From contig JAZKZE010000109.1 of assembly GCA_045612485.1 (NCBI GenBank), positions 1,483-65,482 on the forward strand: a DNA stretch of 64,000 nt, written 5' to 3'. Positions 56,571 to 64,000 of this stretch are shown piece after piece. The DNA is from Victivallales bacterium (GTDB lineage: Bacteria; Verrucomicrobiota; Lentisphaeria; Victivallales; UBA1829). A model generated the notes under the pieces. That model ran no database searches. It was not told the origin of the DNA and was given only the letters and a program-made list of their open reading frames with translations. Position numbers and translations under genes: made by a program. The first letter of the stretch is position 1. Each line of letters begins with the position of its first letter.

Positions 56571-59500
56571 ATGTTCAAAGTAAGACAGGGTCAGATGAAC
56601 TTCCCCAAAATGGAGGAAGATGTTCTCTCATTCTGGAAACAGGATGCCACATTCAAAAAGTCTCTGGAAAACCGCAAAGGCAAAGAAGAGTTCGTTTTTT
56701 ATGACGGACCTCCCTTTGCTACAGGTCTCCCCCACTACGGACACCTGCTTGCCGGTACCATCAAAGACGTTGTTCCCCGTTACCAGACCATGCGGGGCAA
56801 ATACTGTGAACGCACCTTCGGCTGGGACTGCCACGGCCTGCCTGTGGAATATGAAATGGAAAAACAGCTGAATCTTTCCGGTAAAAAAGAGATCGAAGAC
56901 TACGGGATCGACAAATTCAATGAAGCCTGCCGTTCCATCGTTCTGCGCTACACCAAAGAGTGGCAGGAGATCGTAACAAGAATGGGCCGCTGGGTGGATT
57001 TTGAAAACGGCTACCGCACCATGGATCTTGATTACATGGAATCCATCTGGTGGCTTTTCAAACAGCTCTGGGATAAGGGGCTTATCTATGAAGGCTACAA
57101 AGTCCTTCCCTACTGCGCCCGCTGCTCCACTCCTCTCTCCAACTTTGAAGCCAACCAGGGCTACAAGGAAGTGGTGGATCCCGCCATCACCATCCGTTTC
57201 AAAGTAAAGGGTGAGGAAAACACCTACATTCTGGCATGGACAACCACCCCCTGGACTCTGCCCTCCAACATGGCACTTGCCTTTGGTCCGGATGTGGACT
57301 ATGTGAAGGTGAAAGACGGAGAAGACTTCTACATCCTCGCTCAAGCAAGACTTTCCGCCTACTACAAAAAAGATGAAATGCCCGAAATCGTCAGCACATT
57401 CAAGGGCAAAGAGATGGAAGGCACACAGTACGAACCCCTCTTTCCCTACTTCCTGGGCGAAAAAGCCAAAGGCGGTTACCTTGTGAAAGGAACCGAATAC
57501 CAGCAGGTGAAGGAAGGTTTTGACTTTGTGAAAGAAGGTGCCTACCGTGTAATCACTGCCGACTATGTCAGCACGGAAGACGGTACCGGTATCGTACATA
57601 TCGCCCCGCTCTTCGGGGAAGATGACTGTGCCGCAGGTAAAGCATACGGGATCCCCGCTGTCTGTCCTGTGGATGCGGAATGTAAATTCACCTCCGAAAT
57701 CTCCGATTATGCCGGAAGATTTGTAAAAGATGCCGATAAAGACATCATGGACCGTCTGAAGGCGGAAAGAAAACTTGTGGCACGCTCCACAGTAAAACAC
57801 AGTTATCCCCACTGCTGGCGTGATGACTCCCCCCTGATCTACAAAGCGGTCACCACCTGGTTTGTGAAGATCGATCCCATCAAGCAGAAAATGCTCAATG
57901 CCAACTCCCAGATGACATGGGTACCCTCTCACATCAAAGAGGGCCGTTTCGGAAAATGGCTGGAAAATGCCCGTGACTGGGCGATAAGCCGCAACCGTTA
58001 CTGGGGCTGCCCCCTCCCCATCTGGAGAAATGAAGATACAGGGGAAATGATCTGCGTGGGTTCCGTTGCCGAACTGGAAAAACTTACCGGCAAAAAAATC
58101 ACCGATATCCACAAACATTTTGTGGACGATCTGGAGATCCGTACAGAAAACGGAACAATCCTCCGCCGCGTTCCTGAAGTACTGGACTGCTGGTTTGAAT
58201 CCGGTTCCATGCCCTATGCCCAGAAACATTATCCCTTTGAAAACAAAGAACACTTTGATAAAACCTTCCCTGCCGACTTTATTGCAGAAGGTCTTGACCA
58301 GACCCGCGGATGGTTCTATACTCTGGTGGTCATGGCGGCGGCTCTCTTTGACAAGCCCCCTGCCCTGCATGTGATCGTCAACGGTCTGATCCTTGCGGAA
58401 AACGGTCAGAAGATGAGTAAGAGACTCAAAAACTATCCCGATCCGCTTGACATCGTCCGTACCTACGGAGCTGATGCGCTGCGTCTTTTCCTGCTGGGTT
58501 CTCCTGTCGTCAGAGCGGAAGACCTGAAATTCTCTGAAGACGGCATCAGGGAAGTGATGCGCGGCGTCATGCTTCCCCTCTGGAACTCCTTCAGCTTCTT
58601 CACCACATACGCCAACGTGGATAACTGGACACCTGCCGCCGACGGCAAATGTCCGGAAAAACTTTCCAACCCCCTTGACCGCTGGATCCTTTCCTCCCTT
58701 GCGGACATGGTGGAGGAAGTCCGCATTGCCATGGACGGCTTCCAGCTGCAGAAGGCTGCCAACAGATTTGAACAGTTTGCGGAAGACCTTACCAACTGGT
58801 ACATCCGCCGCAGCCGCCGCAGATTCTGGAAAAGTCAGAATGACGGGGACAAAAATGATGCCTACGCCACACTTTATTATGCACTTATCACCTTTGTAAA
58901 GTGTGCTGCCCCCTTCATTCCCTTTGTGACAGAAGAGATCTACCGCTCCCTGCGTACAGAATCCATGCCGGAATCCGTCCATCTCTGCGATTATCCTGAA
59001 GCGGAGATCTGGAGACGGGATGCAATTCTGGAAAAACAGATGACTGCTACCAGAACAGCGGTCTCTCTGGGAAGATTCATCCGTACACAGAAGAATCTGA
59101 AAGTCAGACAGGCTCTGGCAAAGGCTATGATCGTTTCCGATGATGAAGAAACAAGAAAACTGCTTCAGGAAACAAGTGACATTATCGCAGAAGAGCTGAA
59201 TGTGAAAAAGATCGTTCTGAGTGCCAACGAAGAAGAACTTGTCAGTTTCAGCGCAAAGGCGAACTTCAAAGTTATGGGCAAAAAACTCGGTGCCCAGATG
59301 AAGGAAGCTGCCGGGATCATCTGCAAGTTCACCTCTTCCGAGATCGCTGGCATCGTCCGCGGTGAAGCGAAAAAGATCTCTCTTGCTTCCGGTCTGGAAT
59401 ATGATGTGACCGAAGACGATCTTGCCATCGTCCGTACGGAAAAAGAAGGTTTTGCCGCTGCGACCGAAAACGGTATCACCATTGCACTGGATACCAACCT

Positions 59501-59765
59501 TACTGCGGAACTGATCGAAGAGGGTATCGCCCGTGAGTTCATCAGCAAGATCCAGAACATAAGAAAAGAAACCGGTCTGGAAGTATCTGACAGAATTGAT
59601 GTGGAATTTGCCTCTGATGCGGAAGTGGTGAAAGCGGTTGCCGCCTATGTAAGTCACATTTCCGAAGAAACACTTGCGGTAAATGTGAAAAGCGTGGAAG
59701 CTCTTGAAGGAGCAAAGAGTGACATTAATGGTCACGATGCCGTTATCGTCATCAAAAAAGCATAA
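56571..59765 (+). CDS. ileS: Isoleucine--tRNA ligase (type 2)
   Basis: HIGH region PPFATGLPHYGHLL and KMSKS motif GQKMSKRLKN. ATG at 56571 with AAGGAAAG upstream; the track ORF starts at 56484. Confidence 0.95.
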   Translation: MFKVRQGQMNFPKMEEDVLSFWKQDATFKKSLENRKGKEEFVFYDGPPFATGLPHYGHLLAGTIKDVVPRYQTMRGKYCERTFGWDCHGLPVEYEMEKQLNLSGKKEIEDYGIDKFNEACRSIVLRYTKEWQEIVTRMGRWVDFENGYRTMDLDYMESIWWLFKQLWDKGLIYEGYKVLPYCARCSTPLSNFEANQGYKEVVDPAITIRFKVKGEENTYILAWTTTPWTLPSNMALAFGPDVDYVKVKDGEDFYILAQARLSAYYKKDEMPEIVSTFKGKEMEGTQYEPLFPYFLGEKAKGGYLVKGTEYQQVKEGFDFVKEGAYRVITADYVSTEDGTGIVHIAPLFGEDDCAAGKAYGIPAVCPVDAECKFTSEISDYAGRFVKDADKDIMDRLKAERKLVARSTVKHSYPHCWRDDSPLIYKAVTTWFVKIDPIKQKMLNANSQMTWVPSHIKEGRFGKWLENARDWAISRNRYWGCPLPIWRNEDTGEMICVGSVAELEKLTGKKITDIHKHFVDDLEIRTENGTILRRVPEVLDCWFESGSMPYAQKHYPFENKEHFDKTFPADFIAEGLDQTRGWFYTLVVMAAALFDKPPALHVIVNGLILAENGQKMSKRLKNYPDPLDIVRTYGADALRLFLLGSPVVRAEDLKFSEDGIREVMRGVMLPLWNSFSFFTTYANVDNWTPAADGKCPEKLSNPLDRWILSSLADMVEEVRIAMDGFQLQKAANRFEQFAEDLTNWYIRRSRRRFWKSQNDGDKNDAYATLYYALITFVKCAAPFIPFVTEEIYRSLRTESMPESVHLCDYPEAEIWRRDAILEKQMTATRTAVSLGRFIRTQKNLKVRQALAKAMIVSDDEETRKLLQETSDIIAEELNVKKIVLSANEEELVSFSAKANFKVMGKKLGAQMKEAAGIICKFTSSEIAGIVRGEAKKISLASGLEYDVTEDDLAIVRTEKEGFAAATENGITIALDTNLTAELIEEGIAREFISKIQNIRKETGLEVSDRIDVEFASDAEVVKAVAAYVSHISEETLAVNVKSVEALEGAKSDINGHDAVIVIKKA

Positions 59766-59833
59766 CAATTATAATGAAAGGATATGGGAAACAATAAAGA
59801 TTTCCCATACTCTTTTTTCAGGATGAAATAATT

Positions 59834-60814
59834 ATGAGCGAAAACAAGAAAAAAAGGATCCTTTCCGGTATCCAGCCTTCCGGAGTACCCCATATCGGCA
59901 ACTTTTTCGGTATGATGCGTCAGGCTCTGGAATTGCAGGAAAAGGGGGATGCCTATCTCTTTATTGCGGATCTCCACTCCCTTACCGTCAATCCCAAACC
60001 CCAGGAACTGCGGGAACGCATCGACCGTCTGGCTCTGGACTTCCTTGCCTGCGGTCTTGATCCGGAAAAAACAGCGTTTTTCCGTCAGAGCGACATCAAC
60101 GGGATCTGCGAACTTACCTGGATACTCAACTGCATCACCAATATGGGGCTTCTGGAACGGGCGCACAGTTACAAAGACAAGATCGCCAAAGGTTTTGTCC
60201 CCAATAACGGACTTTTTTCTTATCCGGTTCTGATGGCTTCCGACATTCTTATTTATAAAGCGGACAGCGTTCCTGTGGGAAAAGACCAGAAACAGCATCT
60301 GGAGATCACAAGAGACCTTGCCATCCGTTTCAACCAGATGTATGGGGATATTTTTGTCATTCCCGAACCCATCATTCCGGAAACAGTTGCGGTAGTCCCG
60401 GGTATCGACGGCCAGAAGATGAGCAAGAGCTACAATAACACCATCGAACTTTTCGGAAATGAAAAGCAGATCCGTAAAAAAATCATGTCCATCCCCACCG
60501 ACTCCACTCCCATGGAAGACCCGAAAGATCCGGATAAATGCAATATATATAAGTTGTATTGTCTTTTTGCCGATGAAGTCCAAAAAGAAGAACTTGCGGC
60601 AAAATACCGGGGCGGCAACTTTGGCTACGGGCATGCAAAACAGGCTCTTTTTGAAGCCTATATGGACTTTTTCGCCCCCATGCGGAAACGCCGGGAAGAG
60701 TTGGAAAAAGATCCGGGATACATTCAGAGCATCCTGAAAAAAGGTGCGGAAAAAGCCAATGTCATTGCTTCTGAAACTCTGGAAGAAGTACGCAAAGCTG
60801 TAGGCTTGCGGTAA
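59834..60814 (+). CDS. trpS: Tryptophan--tRNA ligase
   Basis: SGIQPSGVPHIGNFFG (HIGH) and GQKMSKSYNN (KMSKS). Confidence 0.95.
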   Translation: MSENKKKRILSGIQPSGVPHIGNFFGMMRQALELQEKGDAYLFIADLHSLTVNPKPQELRERIDRLALDFLACGLDPEKTAFFRQSDINGICELTWILNCITNMGLLERAHSYKDKIAKGFVPNNGLFSYPVLMASDILIYKADSVPVGKDQKQHLEITRDLAIRFNQMYGDIFVIPEPIIPETVAVVPGIDGQKMSKSYNNTIELFGNEKQIRKKIMSIPTDSTPMEDPKDPDKCNIYKLYCLFADEVQKEELAAKYRGGNFGYGHAKQALFEAYMDFFAPMRKRREELEKDPGYIQSILKKGAEKANVIASETLEEVRKAVGLR

Positions 60815-60831
60815 ACAGCATCCATGGGGGA

Positions 60832-61815
60832 ATGATGAAAACAGAATTTGTACCTTCTTGTATTGAATCACTTTCTGAACTCAAAAAGTTCGGTATAGAT
60901 TCTGTTGCCGTCGCCATCGGTGTTTTTGACGGAGTACACAAAGGACACGCCAAACTTTTGCATGAATTGCAGAAAATGGCGATTTCCTTATCCGCCTATC
61001 CGGTGGCAATGACCTTTTTCCCCCATCCAAGAAGTGTCCTTTTCCCGGATAATGCCCCGCTGCTCCTTCTTCCTCCCAATGAAAAACTGCGTCTTATTTG
61101 CCGGAACGGGGCAAAAGCGGTAGTCACCCTTCCTTTTACAAAAGAATTTGCAGCACTCTCGCCGGAAGATTTTTTACAGCAATGCCTTTTCGGACACAGT
61201 GTGGAAGTCAAAGGGATCTGCGTGGGCCATGACTGGAAATTCGGCAGTATGGGAAAAGGGGACAGACTCTTTCTGGAAAAAAAGGCGGCAGAAAAAGGTT
61301 TTCTATTCAAAGCGGTGGATGAACTGCGTAAAGAGGACGGAAAAGTTGTCAGCAGTACCGCCATAAGAGAGTGCATAGCAAAAGGAGCACTTTCTGAAGC
61401 AGAAAAGATGCTGGGCAGACCTTACAGATTTTATGGTGTCGTGGAAAAAGGGTATCAGGTGGCAGGCAAAGAACTTGCCACTCCCACTGCAAATCTGAAA
61501 CTGCAATATGGGGTACTTCCGCCGCTGGGAGTATATGCGGCAAAAGTGGAAGTGGACAAAAAAAATTATCCGGCAGCGATGAATGTAGGGATCGCCCCCA
61601 CCTTTGAGGAGCGTTACGGAAAAATTGATCCCAGAATCGAACTGCATTTACTTACCCCGCCGGAGGAGAGTTTGTACGGAAAGTATATTTCAGCAGAACT
61701 GGTTTCATTCATAAGGCAGGAAAGAAAATTTGATTCCCCCGCATTGCTGAAAGAACAGATCGGAAAAGATATTCAGGAGATCCGGCAGGCAATAGCGGAA
61801 AAAGAAAAGAATTAA
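60832..61815 (+). CDS. ribF: Bifunctional riboflavin kinase / FMN adenylyltransferase
   Basis: VAIGVFDGVHKGHAKLL, and the C-terminal riboflavin kinase part (PTANL..., GVYA...). Confidence 0.9.
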   Translation: MMKTEFVPSCIESLSELKKFGIDSVAVAIGVFDGVHKGHAKLLHELQKMAISLSAYPVAMTFFPHPRSVLFPDNAPLLLLPPNEKLRLICRNGAKAVVTLPFTKEFAALSPEDFLQQCLFGHSVEVKGICVGHDWKFGSMGKGDRLFLEKKAAEKGFLFKAVDELRKEDGKVVSSTAIRECIAKGALSEAEKMLGRPYRFYGVVEKGYQVAGKELATPTANLKLQYGVLPPLGVYAAKVEVDKKNYPAAMNVGIAPTFEERYGKIDPRIELHLLTPPEESLYGKYISAELVSFIRQERKFDSPALLKEQIGKDIQEIRQAIAEKEKN

Positions 61816-61849
61816 GATAAAACAGGGTAAAAGGGAAAGGAGTGAAAAT

Positions 61850-62956
61850 ATGGAAGAAGAAAAATATTTAAGCGTGATGGACCTTGCCGCACAGGTGGGA
61901 GTCCCCAGGACGACCATCAACGACTGGTTGAGCAAATATTCCCAGTTTATTACAAGTATTCAGCAGGGCAGAAGAAAAGTTTATCCGTCTTCCGCAGTTA
62001 TGATCCTTAAAGAGATCGGTTCTTTACGTTCCTCCGGTCTTTCTTTTACGGAAATAGAAAAGACTCTTTCTCTTACCCATCCCATACAGGCTGTACCGGC
62101 AACAGAGGAACTTCCTTTGCATGAAAATATGACAGAAAAAGAGGAAACGAAACAAGAAGAGGAAAAAGCTTCTTCAGCAGATCCCGGAAATTCCGTCAGA
62201 AGAGAGGAACAGGCTGAAAAAAAGGAAGAAAATTCCTCTCCCGGAAATGCGTTGCAGATCGTTCCCGCCTCCAAGGATGATTTTGCCATTCTTGTCAACA
62301 GCGTGGCACATCTTTCATCAAAAATGATGGAAGAAAAAAAGGAACATAAAAAATATTTATACCTTCTCTCTACAGTATTTACCTTTGTATTTATTGTATT
62401 GAGTGCAGTTTGTGCTGTTCTTTATCTTCATTGCAAAGACCTTGTTCTTACCGGTAAAACTCTGGAAGAAAAGAATAAAAACACCTCAGAAAAATTGGCT
62501 GTATCAGAGGAAAAAGTCCATAATCTGCAAAGCGAAAAGACGCATATTCTTTCCAATATGGAAAAATTACAGCAGGATCTCGCCCGTCAGAGAAAAGATT
62601 TTGCAAAAACAATAGATAATGTCCTCACAAAAAAGGAGGCGGCAATCGCAAAAGAACGGGAAAGATTTGCTTCTGAAAGACTTTCTTACCTTAAAAAACT
62701 GGAAGAAGCTGAAAAGCGGGAATGGGAAGCAAAAAAGCAAGCAGACAAGCAGGTGAGAGAAGCAGAGAAACAGGTAAGAGAAGCCCGGAAGCAACTTATA
62801 GAAACACAAAAGCAGATGATAGAAGCAAAAGAGCGGGAGTGGGAAGCAAAAAATAAAAAAGGAAATCCTGTAAAAATTCCTGTTTCTGCTGCACCGGAAA
62901 AAAAAGAGGATGGCACAAAAACTCCCCCTGCAAAAAATAAGGAAAAAACAAAATGA
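61850..62956 (+). CDS. MerR-like HTH / single-TM / coiled-coil repeat protein
   Basis: N-terminal LSVMDLAAQVGVPRTTINDWLSKY, then an acidic linker and the TM segment YLYLLSTVFTFVFIVLSAVCAVLYL. The C-terminus carries internally repeated EREWEAK...KQVREAEKQVREARKQ. Confidence 0.65.
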   Translation: MEEEKYLSVMDLAAQVGVPRTTINDWLSKYSQFITSIQQGRRKVYPSSAVMILKEIGSLRSSGLSFTEIEKTLSLTHPIQAVPATEELPLHENMTEKEETKQEEEKASSADPGNSVRREEQAEKKEENSSPGNALQIVPASKDDFAILVNSVAHLSSKMMEEKKEHKKYLYLLSTVFTFVFIVLSAVCAVLYLHCKDLVLTGKTLEEKNKNTSEKLAVSEEKVHNLQSEKTHILSNMEKLQQDLARQRKDFAKTIDNVLTKKEAAIAKERERFASERLSYLKKLEEAEKREWEAKKQADKQVREAEKQVREARKQLIETQKQMIEAKEREWEAKNKKGNPVKIPVSAAPEKKEDGTKTPPAKNKEKTK

Positions 62957-64000
62957 AAACTTATTTTCTTCCGTTAGCGGCAATTCTTTTGTGTTCGTCT
63001 GTGTTTTTTGCAGAAGCGGAAGAAAAAAAGCACCCGGATCTTCTGCGGGTGAAGGCGTCAAGCGGAGATCCGGAATCCGCATTCAAACTGGGCAATGAAT
63101 ATTTCTACGGGGAAAACGGCAGAAAGAAAAATGAACTCCTTGCCGCCCACTGGTATCTACAGGCGGCAAAGAAAAATATCCCTGAAGCAATGTATAATTA
63201 TGCGGTCTGCGCGGAACGGATCGCCAAAACTTCTTCTGACAGATTCAAAGCGTTCCAGTGGTACGAAAAAGCAGCGGAAAAAGACTTTGATCCGGCACGG
63301 TTCCGTCTTGCCTCCTTCTATTCCAACGGACTCAAAGATGAAAGCGGCAAAGTGCTTGTAAGAAAATCCCCGGCCTCCGCATTGGAACAGCTGGAGATCC
63401 TCAACAGCAGAGAATATGAACCCGGTGAACTTCAGCTTGCTTTACTTCTTTTGCAGAAAAATGTCCTTCCGGCAAAAAAGGCAAGAGCCTTCCGTATATT
63501 AAGCAAAGTATGTGCCAGACCCAAAAGTTCCCCCATTGCCCAAAGGATGCTGGCAGATTGTTATTACGGCGGATTCGGCTGTGAGAAGAATCCTGCAAAA
63601 GCCTTTATTCTCCTGCGCAACGCCTCCGACCGGGGAGATGTTGAAGCAACTGCCAAACTGGGCTATCTGCATGAACATGGAGCAGAAGGCGTGAAAAAAG
63701 ATTTGAAACAGGCATATTCTTTTTACAAAAAGGCAGCATTGCAGAATCATCCCATGGGCTTGTATAAATACGGGGAAGCATTGTTTGAAGGATATCTGAA
63801 AGAAAAGGGAAAAGATAAAAAAGAAGCCATAAAACTGCTGGAAAAATCTGCTTCACTGCATTGCGTACAGGCGATGTATAAACTGGGCAATATTTATGAA
63901 ATGGGGCTTGGCGGTGAAGTAAGCAATGTGCATATAGCGGCAAGATGTTATTATGAAGCGGCGAAGGCAAATTTTGCTCCCGCCCAGTATAAATTCGGTC
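62953..64000 (+). CDS. Sel1-repeat (TPR-like) secreted protein, 3' end beyond window
   Basis: Not in the ORF track (no stop in the window). The ATG at 62953 overlaps the previous stop as ATGA. Signal peptide MKTYFLPLAAILLCSSVFFAEA. Repeated Sel1 units such as AFKLGNEYFYGENG, AKLGYLHEHGAG, MYKLGNIYEMGLGG. Confidence 0.8.
   Translation, partial: MKTYFLPLAAILLCSSVFFAEAEEKKHPDLLRVKASSGDPESAFKLGNEYFYGENGRKKNELLAAHWYLQAAKKNIPEAMYNYAVCAERIAKTSSDRFKAFQWYEKAAEKDFDPARFRLASFYSNGLKDESGKVLVRKSPASALEQLEILNSREYEPGELQLALLLLQKNVLPAKKARAFRILSKVCARPKSSPIAQRMLADCYYGGFGCEKNPAKAFILLRNASDRGDVEATAKLGYLHEHGAEGVKKDLKQAYSFYKKAALQNHPMGLYKYGEALFEGYLKEKGKDKKEAIKLLEKSASLHCVQAMYKLGNIYEMGLGGEVSNVHIAARCYYEAAKANFAPAQYKFG

Noticed and set aside
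56628-59768. 1046-aa ORF on the minus strand
   Set aside because: Antisense shadow of ileS, which has clear HIGH and KMSKS motifs. No motifs of its own.

Overview
This 64-kb bacterial chromosomal window has two parts. Pseudopilin-like proteins carrying the [24 protein letters not shown] leader and an H-X9-DG tail suggest a PVC-group organism (Lentisphaerota or Verrucomicrobiota type); this is inference only.

(1) Positions 1 to about 15,580 form a mosaic genomic island next to tRNA-Tyr and tRNA-Gly. It carries:
- a type I R-M methylase (hsdM) plus a DUF1016 nuclease fragment;
- a DUF932 protein, a Cas4-like PD-(D/E)XK nuclease and a BrnA-like antitoxin;
- a DnaN-like sliding clamp coupled to two membrane proteins;
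- an AT-rich defence cassette, followed by a C-terminally truncated tyrosine integrase.

The cassette is the most interesting part of the window. Four translationally coupled genes encode a type III Res-like helicase-nuclease, an unknown 281-aa protein, a beta-class DNA methyltransferase with a long C-terminal tail, and a TIR-domain protein. A decayed SIR2 (ThsA-like) fragment follows them.

(2) Positions 15,580 to 64,000 are ordinary core genome:
- metG, an alkaline phosphatase, the ispG-rseP-dxr-dtd-folE block, a TerS-like orphan, dnaG;
- a 2-oxoacid dehydrogenase (fused E1 alpha/beta, then E2), a DeoR regulator, leuCD-type dehydratase;
- two pseudopilin-like genes and a sugar-related cluster (GH1, NhaC, kinase, TIM-barrel isomerases);
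- BI-1, secDF-yajC, the rpmH-rnpA-yidD-yidC-jag cluster, ileS, trpS, ribF, and an HTH/coiled-coil gene coupled to a Sel1-repeat gene.

No CRISPR array and no rRNA were seen. Several very long ORFs in the track (1224, 1046, 857 and 574 aa) lie antisense to real genes and were rejected.
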